From Octopus sinensis (lineage: Eukaryota), in contig NC_042998.1 in assembly GCF_006345805.1 (NCBI RefSeq), forward strand, positions 87,048,001 to 87,112,000: DNA of 64,000 nt, written 5' to 3'. The position numbers were made by a program, and so were the translations under genes. Positions 50,566 through 63,459 of the stretch are shown here, piece after piece. Numbering within the stretch: the first letter of the stretch is position 1; every line of letters starts with the position of its first letter. Below the pieces are notes generated by a model. The model made no database searches. It was not told the origin of the DNA and worked only from the letters and a program-made list of their open reading frames with translations.

Positions 50566-52179
50566 TACTAATAAAAAATGTGTTTAAAGTGGTGAGCTGG
50601 CAGAATCGTTAGCATGCCAGACAAAATTCTTAGCGACATTTTGTCCAGCTTTATGGGCTGTGTTTGAATTCAGCTGAAATCAACTTTGTCATTCATCCTT
50701 TCAGGATCAAGTAAATAAGTACAAGTTGAATAATGGGGTTGATATAATCAATTCAGCCACTCCTTGAAATTGCTGGCCTTGTGCCAAAATTTGAAATCAA
50801 TATAAACAAATCATATTCACACATAAACCTTCATATGTTATATATATATACATTTTCCCTTAGACATTATCATGAGTATGACTTGGTAGCATGTACCATG
50901 CTTTTGCTAATTGTTAAAGGAGCCTGTATAGTTATAAGTAGATGTAGTACTCAGCCCTCCCAGCTTTTGACTCAGTGTAGAATATAGGATGTTACAGTAG
51001 ACTGAATTTCTGTTTAGTAGACTGGATCTATGTGAAATGAAGTACCTTGCTCAAAGACACAATGCACTGACTAGTACAAGAATTGAACCCAAGTACTTAT
51101 GATCATGAAAACACTTTAACCACTAGCCCACACAAATTGCCTTGACTTACACAAAAACCTCATCGTTCTATTAGTGGTTGGCTTGAATTTTGCATCGTAG
51201 AACCCCAATAAATCCCAAAGATAAACATACAAACATACATATATGAAAAGCTATTACTTTTCTAAATCACAAATGTAATGTTCACAGGGATTATCTCTTG
51301 CTTTCTACAGCATTACCTGAATGAGAAAAATAAAGTTTCTGTTACAGCAAACATTGGTTTATCACACATAGATTTTTGCAAGGGAGGTACTTAGAACAAC
51401 AAACCAATGAAGTATTTATTAGATCTATAGTTCTTCTGCTATTTACAATACTGTGTTATAACATCTGTAGTAACTATGTACCACTAAGTGGACATGGTTG
51501 TGAATTATATTTGTGGGCATAATGTGATGAAGAGCAACTGACAGCAGGTTACAAGCTGTTGGTTTCATCCTAAGTGATCAGGTATTTTCACCAATTGTCA
51601 ACATTCACATGCACACATATATGTATTTCCATCTCTCTCTCTCATTCTTTCTTATTCGTTCTCATATATATATATATATATATATATATGACCAATCTTA
51701 CGCACTAATACTCTCTCATACACACACACACACACACACCCGTATACATACTAATACATACACCAACCCTATACATACACACATCCAGACCCCTCCCACG
51801 CACTTTTAGCTGGTCACTCAACCCTTTTATCAACCCTATTATCTCCCCTTATTTCGCTCTCGCGTCTCATGTTTGATCTTTGACCTCTGGCCGAAATCAG
51901 ATCGCCATGTTGATTCGTTAGCTACTGCACGCCTTTTTTTTCTCTCCTTCTTTCTGTGTTTTTCTCTCTCTGTGTATCTTTCTGTTGAAGAGCGTAGGCT
52001 CGAAACGTTAAAGACTTGTTTTATTTATATTTCCTGAGCGCCATACTAATACAATTGTTCGTTTGTCTTCCACCTGCCTTCGTCTTTTGTTTATTTTCAT
52101 AAAGCTTCCCGTTATATATATATATATATATATATGCATGTGTGTATGTGTGTGTGAGTATGTGTATACATGCATACTT

Positions 52180-52233
<54 letters not shown>

Positions 52234-52510
52234 TCATCATCATCGTTTAACGTCCGTTTTCGATGCTAGCATGGGTTGGACGGTTCGACTGGGGTCTGGG
52301 AAGCCAGGAGGCTGCACCAGGTTCCAGTCTGATCTAGCAGTGTTTCTACAGCTGGATGCCCTTTCTAACGCCAACCACTCCGTGAGTGTAGTGGATGCTT
52401 TTAACGTGCCACCAGCACAGGAGCCAGAGAAGGCTGGCAAATGCCCATGATCGGTTTGCCAGCTTCCTCTGGCCCCTGTGCCGGTGGCACGTATATATAT
52501 ACATATATAA

Positions 52511-52574
<64 letters not shown>

Positions 52575-53079
52575 AAATTATAAATATTATTACAATACAA
52601 TAGTATTATTTTTCAGTGAAATAAGTACTGTAAAAGTAAAATTATAAATAGGAAATAGTGGCAGAACAAGGTACCAATTTTTGCAGGAAATGGCAGTTAA
52701 TAACTGTTTGACACTAGATAAGGCTTCACTGAATGTATAGAGGTAAAGATGTGTGCAGGTGGTGAACATTAAAAATTTTCATCTTACCTCTTGGAAGAAC
52801 GCCAGAGAAATGGACAACCTAGTACTCAAGTTTCAGAATTTACAGAATATGTTTGTTATTGTAAAAGTGATTGGTCCTCATCAGCCAGGTCTACTGAAAG
52901 ACTAAATTTAAAATATCCACTACAATCCAATATATCAATGCTTGTACACTCAGCCAATACATTCAGGGAAGCTTTAACTAATGTTGAACAGTTATTGACT
53001 GCTATTTCCAGCAAAAATTGGTACCTTGTTGTGCCACTATTTCCTCTATATGTGTGTGTGTATATATATACATATATAA

Positions 53080-53113
<34 letters not shown>

Positions 53114-53129
53114 ATATATCACTTCACTT

Positions 53130-53298
53130 TGACCGACCAGTCTGTCAGGCGTCCATTTGACACCGCTGGTCACAGCACGCTGTCCACTCCTCTCTGGATC
53201 GCGCCTTTCTCATCCACGTGATCCCAATCGTCCTCTTGAAATCGTCACTCCACCGTCGTGGAGGTCTTCCGGGTGGTCTTTTCCGCTCAAGCGGGTAC

Positions 53299-53300
<2 letters not shown>
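53130..53300 (-). mobile_element. Short RTE-type LINE 3' end between (TA)n tracts
   Basis: Minus strand resembles the R.RPPRRWSDDFKRTIGITWMRKAQ RTE C-terminus. Confidence 0.5.
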
Positions 53301-53350
<50 letters not shown>

Positions 53351-53364
53351 CAATATTCAGAAAT

Positions 53365-53674
53365 GAATATTTATATAGATATTATTATTGTTTTTATTAT
53401 TGAGGGCAATATATATAATTGATAATAATAGCAATAATAATATAAGTGGTTGCAGGCCTAAATTAGCATTATATAGCCATATAATTAAAATTCATATCAA
53501 GAGTACATGAATATGCCTGCCTGCATTTGTGTGCCCTTATGATATGAATTTTAATTATATGGCTATATGTTGCTAATTTAGGCCTGCAACCACTTATATT
53601 ATTATTGTTGTTATTATCAATTATTTATATGGCCATCGATAATAATAACAATAATAATATCTATATAAATATTC
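53365..53674. repeat. Fold-back palindrome (~135-bp arms, ~40-nt spacer)
   Basis: 53365-53499 is the imperfect reverse complement of 53540-53674. Confidence 0.88.
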
Positions 53675-54096
53675 CCTCCTGAATATTTGCTCTGTGTTGA
53701 TACTTTTCCCACTGAGGCTGCTCTGATTTGGTGCAAAACAATTCAGAGGGCCAGCAGAATTTCAATGTAGCAGGTTGGGAAGATTTTTTCAAATGGTTGT
53801 CACATGCTGATGAAGGAAATCTTTCAATCCATTTGCCTGAATACTGTTGTTTTCTGTTGTTATTGTCAGTGTTATTATTGGTGGTTTGATGTGGGTTTTA
53901 ACTTTTTTGTCTTGCAGGCAGGCACATTCGTGTGCCCTTATGATAATATATATATAGCATGCATGTATGCATGTATGTATGTATGTATGTATGTATGTAT
54001 GTATGTATGTATGTATGTATGTATGTATGTATACACACACACTACCACACACACACACTACCACACACACACACTACCACACACACACACACACTA

Positions 54097-54138
<42 letters not shown>

Positions 54139-54643
54139 CACACACACACACACACACTTAAGGTGTTTTCCATTAGGAACGTACTAGAGTACATAGTAGA
54201 GCTCTTTCACCCTTAGAATTACCAGATAGCCAGTAGTATTACATTATACTTCCAAGTCTAGGTTTAGGTATTCATCATGTAGTGAAAATAAAATTGAATA
54301 GAGTCAAGAATGAATATGTTCAGGCAGTTATTTAATAAATTCTACATATATTTCAATACAACTTATTTCATTCTGAAAGAGAATGAAATAAGTGGAGCAA
54401 GAGCCAACATGGAGACAGAAAGTTCCACTTAAGAAGTCACAGATGTGTGATGAAAGATTTCTGGACAATGGACATGAGTAAGAATTAGAACAGTAATAAA
54501 CAGAGGAAGAATGAGTATATAGTGCATGTGTTTATTTGGCAAAAAAAATAATAAAAAGAATAAAAAATAACCATCCCAAAATACAACAATATCTGTTTCA
54601 ACACACAAATTCACATCAGGAATCTTGCAACACAAATCCATAA

Positions 54644-54709
<66 letters not shown>

Positions 54710-55459
54710 TATATATAAAATAAAATATACATATATAAAATCAAAGATAATTTAGTAAACTCTAAAATATTATATTCATATTCATGTCTTGTTGTCTTTA
54801 GAAATTCTGTCTGCCATGTCTTTTATTGATTGGAATATCTTCACACTAGAAACATCTTATAGTTGGGAATCTCTTTATCTCTTTATTGTCACAAACCACT
54901 TACTGCTAAGAATCTCTTCTTGCTAGAAATAATCATTTGGGTCAGGAACCTCTTATTGCAAGGAAACTCTATTGTTTGGAGATTCATGTTGCTAGGAATT
55001 TCTTATAACCAGGAATTTCTTCGTTTCTAAGATCAACCTATTTCACTTGTAAAAATTTTGATGGTCAAGGAAATAATGGCACCATGGAAAGTGGATGTTA
55101 AATGATGATGATGATGAAGATGGTTATGTAAGAAAGCTACTAAGTGAAGCTTCAACTTGGATATTACTGTTTCCATTGAAGAAATGTAAATATTTAAACT
55201 CTAAAACCTGCATATTTGGAATGCATGTTTTATTCATGGTAATAATTGTATTTGAAATGGAAGAGAAAATTCTATGATTGTTTATATGAATCTCAACAGG
55301 TTCCAGTAACTTGTAATATTTGATAGAAGAGGTTCCTGACTGAATAAAATTACAGACAAGAATCAAATAATGTCAAACAGTTTATAGTACTTTAAACTCA
55401 AAGTGGAAATATGGTGATATGCAAAATACAGAAGTCACAATCTTGTAGATATAGAATTC

Positions 55460-55900
55460 AGATGTGAGTGTGTGTGTGAGGGCATGTGTGGTTACATGCA
55501 AATATGTACATGCATGTGTGTATATAATCATGTGTGTGTATGTCTGCATTTGGGTGCTTGCACATGTGTACATGGATGTGGATGCATTTGGGTGCATGCA
55601 CATGTGTACATGCATGTGTGCATATAATCATGTGTGTACATGCATGTGCATTTGGATGCTTGCACATGTGTACATGCATGTGGATGCATGCATGTAAGTG
55701 CATGTGTGTTTATGTGCACATGCATGTGCATACAAGCATGTGTGTATGCATGTGTTTACAAGCATGTGTGTGCATGCATGTGTGTATGTGTGCATTTCGA
55801 TGCATGCATGTGTGTATATTCATGTGTGTAAATGCATGTGTGTATATGCATGTGTGTACATGCATGTGTGTGTATGTGTGCATGTGTGTGTGTGTGAAAA
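55460..55900. repeat. Purine-pyrimidine (CATG/TG-rich) minisatellite
   Basis: Imperfect higher-order repeats such as TATAATCATGTGTGT..ATG..TGCATTTGG.TGCTTGCACATGTGTACATG. Confidence 0.8.
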
Positions 55901-56896
55901 ATTAGATGTTAATCAACTGTTTGTAAGCTATGTTTATCTCTTATGTTTTATTTCTTTTAGTCATTGAACTGTGGTCAGGCTGGGACACCACCCTGAAGGA
56001 TTTAGTTGAACAAATTGATCCTAGCATTTGTTTTTTTAAAGTCTAGTGAATTTTTTAATCATTTTATTGTGTTCCCTGTGCTGTTAGGATGCTGTGGGTT
56101 TGTAGTCAGAACCAAGATGAATAACAAGGCTAGCATTACACCTAGGCAGGCTAACAGAGTGGTGATCTGTAAATTCATCATCATCATTTAACGTCCGTTT
56201 CCCATGCTGGCATGGGTTGGACGGTTTGACATGAATTGCAAGGCTAGGAGCTGGACCAAGTTCCATAGTCTGGTTTGGATGGAGGCCCTTCCTAATGCCA
56301 CCCAGTTTACAGAGTGTACTGGATGCTTTTTACGTGGCACCATCTTCAGTGTATTTTATGTCACACTGTCATCAGAGCTTTTTACTTAATGCCAGCACTA
56401 GTGCTTTTTACGTGGCACCAGGACTGACAGGGACACCAAGTACCTTGCATAACAATAATGCCTCAAATGTGTGCGGGTGTATGTGTGTGTGTGGCAGGAT
56501 AGTATTGAGGCTGAGAATGCAACCTAAGGTCACCAACCTTAAATACTATTTGGTATCTACTCACAAGCAAACCAACTCATAATCAATAAGAGGGGAAAAT
56601 GTCTACCATAGAAAACAAAGTGTAAACTGGTACATTTGTGCTCCAGTTCTTGGGCCATGTTACATGATTATCTTAGTCAAGTTCAAGAAATTGTCAATAT
56701 TTGTATGGATTGCCTCGACACCCCACATGATGTCCCACATATATTCCATAGGGCAGTTAATCTAATTCAAATATACTTGTCTATGAAACAAGCCCCAGAA
56801 TTTAGTATGGGCGTTTCAATTTGATTTTCAACATTAAACTTTGATTGACTGAGCTACAATTCAAGGAGAGTGAACACAAGGATATGGATGGTATAA

Positions 56897-56928
<32 letters not shown>

Positions 56929-57889
56929 GACGATGATGATGAGGATAATGATTTTGAGATGATGACGATGTCGATAATGATCTAACTGTAAAAATACTAC
57001 CTTGTTTAATTCATGTATAAATGCCAAAATATGCATATATTCTTATTGACTGCTGTTAGCAAGTAAAACTTCACACATATATACATACATACATGCATGC
57101 TCATATGTATCACAGGAGATCAATGATAAAGTTTTAAAAATAACAAAAGAAAAAAAAACAATTAAAAAAAGAAAACAAAGAAATATAATTTCTAAATCTA
57201 TATCAAGTAATTTGATAATCCTAGTAATATTTTCAATAATGGTAAATGCATTCCTTGCTTGCACATCATATAGACACATTGATATTTATGCTCTCCAAGT
57301 GCTAACACTTTCAAATGAAACATTAAGTTCATCTTTTACTATGTTTGCTCAAAAGCATTTTTGTATATCTATACTACAGAGACTGTCAATATACACATCT
57401 ATGTAAATAGTTACACATTAAGTAAATTTGAAGAGTGTACTAGGCTGATGTTTATTATATCTGTTATTGTATACTTGAAACGGTGTATGTTATACGATAT
57501 ACATTCATGTAATATATATGTTTTTCATAACAAGCCAGTCTATATGGCATAAATTATCTGCTTCTAGTAATTTAATCAGTTTGTAGTAGTAAGCGTTCTC
57601 TGATGTTATCTTCCTCTATCATTTTTTTTTATTTTCATGGTTACAGTGTCTTATTATCTCCAGGGACTCATTAGTGTCCCTTTCCTGCCCTCTCAACCCC
57701 ACCTCTTTCTCTCACTTGCAATATGTATATGTATATGAGTGGGGGGGTGTATGTACATATATGTATATATATATATATATATATGTTTGCATATCTATCT
57801 ATCTATCTATATATATTGTTTTTTAAAAAAGCATAAATCTGGAGAAGAAGCACAATCTAAAATATAGAACAGTCTATATTTTTTCCTGG

Positions 57890-60800
57890 TGAAGGCCGGT
57901 TTATGGGGTTACCCTGAGTTTCCAGTCCATAAAGGGCTTAACTTTATGGTGTATCGTCAGCTCTATGACCTGTTAACCTAAGACCTCTTTAAAATATGGA
58001 GGGGAGAAGTCTTGATAGAAAGGCAGATGTAAACATCATCACTATCATCATCATTGTTTAACGTTTGTTTTCCATGTTGGCACGGGTTAGATGGTTTGAC
58101 TGGGGACTGGCAAGCCAGAAGGCCACTCCAGGTTCCAATCTGATCTGGCAGTGTTTCTATAGCTAGATGCCCTTCCTAATGCCAACCACTCCGAGAGTGT
58201 AGTGGGTGTTTTTTTGTGCCACTGACACAGAAGACAGTCAGGTAGCACTGGCATTGGCCACATTCAGATAGTCTCTTCTCAATCACAGAATATCTTCAGA
58301 GGTCTCAGTCTTTTGTCATTGCCTCTGTGAGACTCAATATTCGAAGGTCATGCTTCACCACCTCGTCCCATGTCTTCCTGGGTCTCCCTCTACCATGGAT
58401 TCCTTCCACTGTTACGGAGTGACATTCCTTCACACAGCTCTCCTCACTCATACGTAGCACATGAACATACCAGCACAGTCATCTCTCCTGCATACCACAT
58501 CTAATGCTTCTTATGTCCAACATTTCTTTCAGGGTGCTTTCACTCTGTTTTGTGTGCACACTGACATTATGCATTCAGCAGATCACACTAGCTTAATTTC
58601 TTTTGAGTCTACGGATGTCTTCAGCAGTCACAGCCTATGTTTCGCTGCCATGTAGCATGGCAGTTTGCACACATGCATCATACAATCTACCTTTCACTCT
58701 GAGCAAGAGGCCCTTTGTCACTAGTAGAGGTAGGAACTTTCTGAACTTTGCCCAGGCTATTCTTATTCTAGTGGCAATGCTCTCTGAGCATCCACCCACA
58801 TTACAGACTTGGTCACCCAGGTAGCAGAAGCTATCAACTACATTTAGTTTCTCTGTTTGGCATGTGATGGAATCAGTTTTCTGAGCATCTTGTGGTGTTT
58901 ATTGATGATCCTGTGTATCTGCCACACACAAAAGCTATCTTCCAGGTTAATCTTCCTTTGATGTTGCTGCACCTCTTATGCATCCATAGCTTACACTGGG
59001 TATATCTTATGGAATTTTTACTTACACCTTTTCTCCAGTTCGAGCAGGATTATCTACCTGAAGGGCTTTGTGATGTGTTTTCCTTCCTACACACTAGGAC
59101 TTTGGTTTACGCAACATTGACTCTGAAATTTCTTCTCTAGTTCTGGTCGTCATTTTGCTATGAGTGCAAGGTCAACAGCTTAGAGAAGCTCCCAGGGGCA
59201 GCCTGTCTTGAATTCCTCTGTTATTGCTTGGAGGACTATGATGAATAAGAGGGAGCTGAGGGCTGATCCTTGGTGGGCCTCAACTTCTACCCGGAATTCT
59301 TCGCTATACTCACTGTCAACTCTTAGCTTACTAATGGCATACCTGTACAGCTCTTATTAACCACTTATAAATCCCCAGTTTCTGCATCGCCCACCAGATA
59401 AGGGATTGGGGAACCCTGTCAAAGGCTTTTTCCAAGTCAACAAAAGCCAAGTATAGGGGTTTATCTTTGGCTAGGTATTTCTCCTGCAGTTTCCATGCCA
59501 GGAATATAGAACCAGTGGTGCTTCTACCTGGCACAAAACTGAACTGCATCTCATCTAAGCAGACTCTCTCCCTCATTAGTTGGGCTATGACTCTCTCTGT
59601 GACCTTCATCATCTAATTCTGCAGTTTGATACTCCTGTAGTTATTTCAATCTAAAGCATCACCTTTACCTTTGTAGCAGTTGACAATGGTGCTGCTACAC
59701 CAGTCATTGGGTATGACACCTTTGTGAACTACCTGGTTTACAATATGGGTGACTAGGCTATGACCCACACCACCAGATATTTTAAGCATCTCAGCAGTAA
59801 TTCCTGATGGGCTGGGGGCTTTTTCTAACTTCATATCCTTAATTGCTTTATCTACCAGAGTGCTATATATTTGAGTAGCTGGTCCCTCTACTAGGTTAAC
59901 ATTTGGCAGGCTCTCCTCCTCCCATTCATTCTCCACATTCAGCAGCCTTTCATAATGGCATCTCCAAACCTCCAATCATTAAAAGCAAGTGCACCATCAT
60001 CCATGCAGACACATTTCTCTCCTGTAACATCACAATTTTCTCACACACTGTCTTGCAATCCGAAATACTTCAGTCCTTTGGTTCTCATGTCACTGAACAT
60101 AGGCAAACTTCTTACCTGCTTCTCCCTTGGCTATGTATACTTATCGCCCAGCCTCTCTTCTGGCTGTCTGGTACAGTTCCCTGCTACCTCCACTCTTCCA
60201 GGATTTCCAGGCCTGTTTCATTGCTCTAATGGCCTTGTCTACCATATTATTCCACTACCACGTTACTCTAGGTCTGGAATGGACTTTGCACAAGCTGCAG
60301 ATTTGATCTGTGGTGCTCAGTAAGCTGTACTGTAGGAATTTCCAGTTACCCTCCATGTCCGAAGTCTGTAGCTCCTCCTCCCTCTCATCAAATTTCTCAG
60401 TGAGGATGTCCCTAAATCTCTGACCATGTGAAGGGGTCTTTAGCTTCTAAATCCTTCTTTTCTGGATTGGTCTGCTTTTTGGCATCCTTCCGGCCTAAGG
60501 ATTATCAGCCTTTGCTAATGGCTATCAACTTCCGACCATACTGCCATCATTCAGTTATAAGGGTAAACGATAAAGGATTCTCCCGTTAGTTATCAACTTC
60601 TGGCTTTGCTATCATCTTGTAGTTCCCGAAATGCCAGCAGAAATCTCCAAAACTGCAAACATGGACCGAAAATCTCTGTTCTGGAGTTAATTATAGTACC
60701 TGGTTTGAGTGAGTCTTTTAGGATTCTCATGTGTTCAGCTAAACATAGTTTGCAGCATTTCGTGCTGGTGATGTAATGATGTAGGGGCCTGTTTTTTGAG

Positions 60801-62117
60801 GATTTTTGATGAGATCGAGTGTGGAACACCGTCGTCTTTTAGTTGCCAAACGTGGCTGGCCAGTGATGTTACATATCTCCTCTCCAGGACTCTGAAAGAG
60901 GATCTATGGTCGGAAAATCGTTTCTTGAACAAATTTCCAGTACAACCAATGTATTTTTGTGGATGTGGGATGTTGTTGCTGTACCTATTATTGTTGTTGT
61001 CGCTACTGCTGCTGCTGTTGTAGTTGTAGCTGCCAATGTCATTGCTGTTGTTGCTGTTGACAATGTTGTTGTTGCTGCTGTTGATATCGTTGATGCTGAG
61101 GATGTTGGAGCTGGTGTTGGTGCCACTGAAGGTGGTAGTTGCGTTGGTAATGCTACCACCTCTAAGTGTGTTGCCAGTAATGTACCTATTGATGTTGTCA
61201 ATGTTGTTGCTGTTGTCATCGTCTATGATGCTGTTGCTGGAGCTGTTGGTGTTGGTGGAGGTGGGGGTAGTGGTGGCATTGGTAATGCTATCACTGTTAC
61301 CAATTATGGAGGAAGCACTCTAGTTGCTAACACCGTGGCTAAAGCTGTTACTATTATTATTGTGGTCTTCACCAATGGTGGAGGGGAGGTAGGGGCCACT
61401 ACTGCTGCCAGAAATGACATTAGTCAAGATTATGCTGGTGCTTCTGCTAGGGCCACTACTGCTGCTGCTAGTGTTGTTGCTGATATAGTTGGTGTCAGCA
61501 CTGGGTCTGTTACTGCTGCTACAATTGGTCCTGCCAGTGTGCGCATTGGCAGGTCTGCTACAGTGGACACCAGGGAAACTGTTGGTCAGGCTGGTGTTGA
61601 AGGCGACGTACCTGTAGTCAATGTTAGTGATGGTGCCGTCAGGGGTGTTGTTAGGGCTATTGTTGTTGATGTCGCTAAAGCTGTCCACTGCAGTGGTGAT
61701 TGTGGTGTTGTTGGCCCTGTTGTTGGTTCTGTCATCGTACTGTTTCTGCCGGTAGAATTTGCAGGTTTTACTCATACTTTGGTTTCACAGGTGTTTACTA
61801 CCGGTCAACTGTTGTGGATCCTGCATGAACCAGGGACTTTACTTAACTCCAGAATGGAGATCTTCAGACCATGTTTGCATTTTTGGAGATTTCTGCTGGC
61901 ATTTTGTGAACCACAAGATGGTGGCACATCTGGAAGTTGAAAGCTAACTGGAGAGGGAGATAATCCCCTTGTTTACATCTGCCTTTCTATCGAGACTTCT
62001 CCCCTCCATATCTTAAAGAGGTCTTAGGCCAACAGGTCTTGGGGTCTGACAATACGCCGTAAAGTTAGGCCCTTTATGGTTGGAAAACCCAAGGTAACCC
62101 ATAAACCGGCCTTCACC
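57890..62117. mobile_element. Penelope-like element remnant with inverted arms, GIY-YIG endonuclease fragment and hammerhead-bearing termini; interrupted by an RTE
   Basis: 57890-58035 is the inverted homolog of 61971-62117. The minus strand at ~60970-60600 reads QKYIGCTGNLFKKRFSDHRSSF...LASHVWQLKD...KCCKLCLAEH...INSRTEIFGPC. A diverged inverted copy, LLNSRMEIFRPCLHFWRFLLAF, is at ~61830-61940 (+). Confidence 0.8.
58036..60564 (-). mobile_element. 5'-truncated RTE LINE (~2.5 kb) inserted in the Penelope-like arm
   Basis: KAPSPSGITAEMLK, YKGKGDALD, QFSFVPGRSTTGSIF, LAFVDLEKAFDRVP, GRPRKTWDEVV; 3' UTR continuous with the (GAT)n tail element. GTAAAC at both ends (~58029 and ~60565) is a candidate TSD. 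Confidence 0.85.
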
Positions 62118-63459
62118 GCAATATATATATATATATATACACACATACATACATTATATATATATATATATATATAAATATATTTACATGCACACATACA
62201 TATTACACACACACACGCACATATATATAATATGTCTTAAATAAATAATATTTAAGACGTATTATATAGATCCAAGAAGACATGGGATGAAGTGGTGAAG
62301 CATTATTTTCGAACTTTGAGCCTATAATTATTGACCGAGACTTTTGATGATGTGCTATGTTTGAAAAAACCTGTAAGGCCAAGTGGAATCGTAGTCATGG
62401 CTGATGCTGGTGTCACGTAACTGGCACGTAAAGATTATCTTTCGATAGTTGGGTTCACAGAGGCAAAGTGGCTGAGACCTTTGGCATTATGTCGTGCTTG
62501 AGAAGAAGATCCATCAAGCCAAGCAAAATTGCAGGGGTGGCAGATACTGGTGTCACGGAAATGGCACCCGTGCCGGTGACACATAAAAGCACCCATTACA
62601 CTCTCAAAGTGGTTGACGTTAAGAAGAGCATCCAACTGTAGAAAACCAGGTCAAATCAGACTGGAGTCTGGTGCAGCCTTCCAGCTTACCAGCCTTGGTC
62701 AAACCGTCTAATCCACGTCAGCATGGACAACGGACGTCAAACGATGATGAGCTGAAAATATGCACACCTATCTTAAAAGTGCTGGCGAGTTTGCATGGCA
62801 ACTTTGAATTTGTTCAATTGAAAGGTGTGGTCTCTAGGGCAAAATTCCTCATCTCTAAAGTGTGGCCTGCGTAAAACAAATAAAACAATGATAAACTATT
62901 TTAATCCCGAGCAAGACCGGTTTCTCTATCAATATATATAAAAGAGGCTTTACGGAAATAAAAAAGCAAAATATGGCGAAAATGTTCGTTTTTGCATTCC
63001 ATGTTAAAATTGACACTGAACTAACGGCTAAAAACAAAATTAGGCACACTTTGCTTCTAAAATACGCTAAAAGTACTGTCAAAAGGAAAAAATCATAACA
63101 TTGACAAAAGTCATACAAAAATATCGTAATTCTATCTATTTGCGAAAAACGAAATTACTTTCTTGCCAACTCAATATATATACTATGTATATATAGGCCA
63201 GGTATGTGCCATCAGTAATTACTCAGGGTAGGCAGTTGGTGACGTTTATGTAGTTAAAACGCACAAAAAATAAGCGGAACACAAGCGCGCGACTAAGTTG
63301 TAGGTAGATTTACTTGTGCTTTTACAGCGCGTAAAGAAAACGTTGTTGTAGGATAGGACACAGCACGTATACGACAGGGAAATGCATAGCAGGGTGTTTG
63401 TTAGGTTTCAGCCAAGTGAAATTATTTATCTTACAATTATTGTTCCTATTACTATTGCC

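Noticed and set aside
60906-61940. 344-aa V/A-rich ORF as a mucin-like or membrane host protein
   Set aside because: Low-complexity triplet DNA inside a Penelope-like remnant, with no splice or homology support. Kept only as a structural curiosity.
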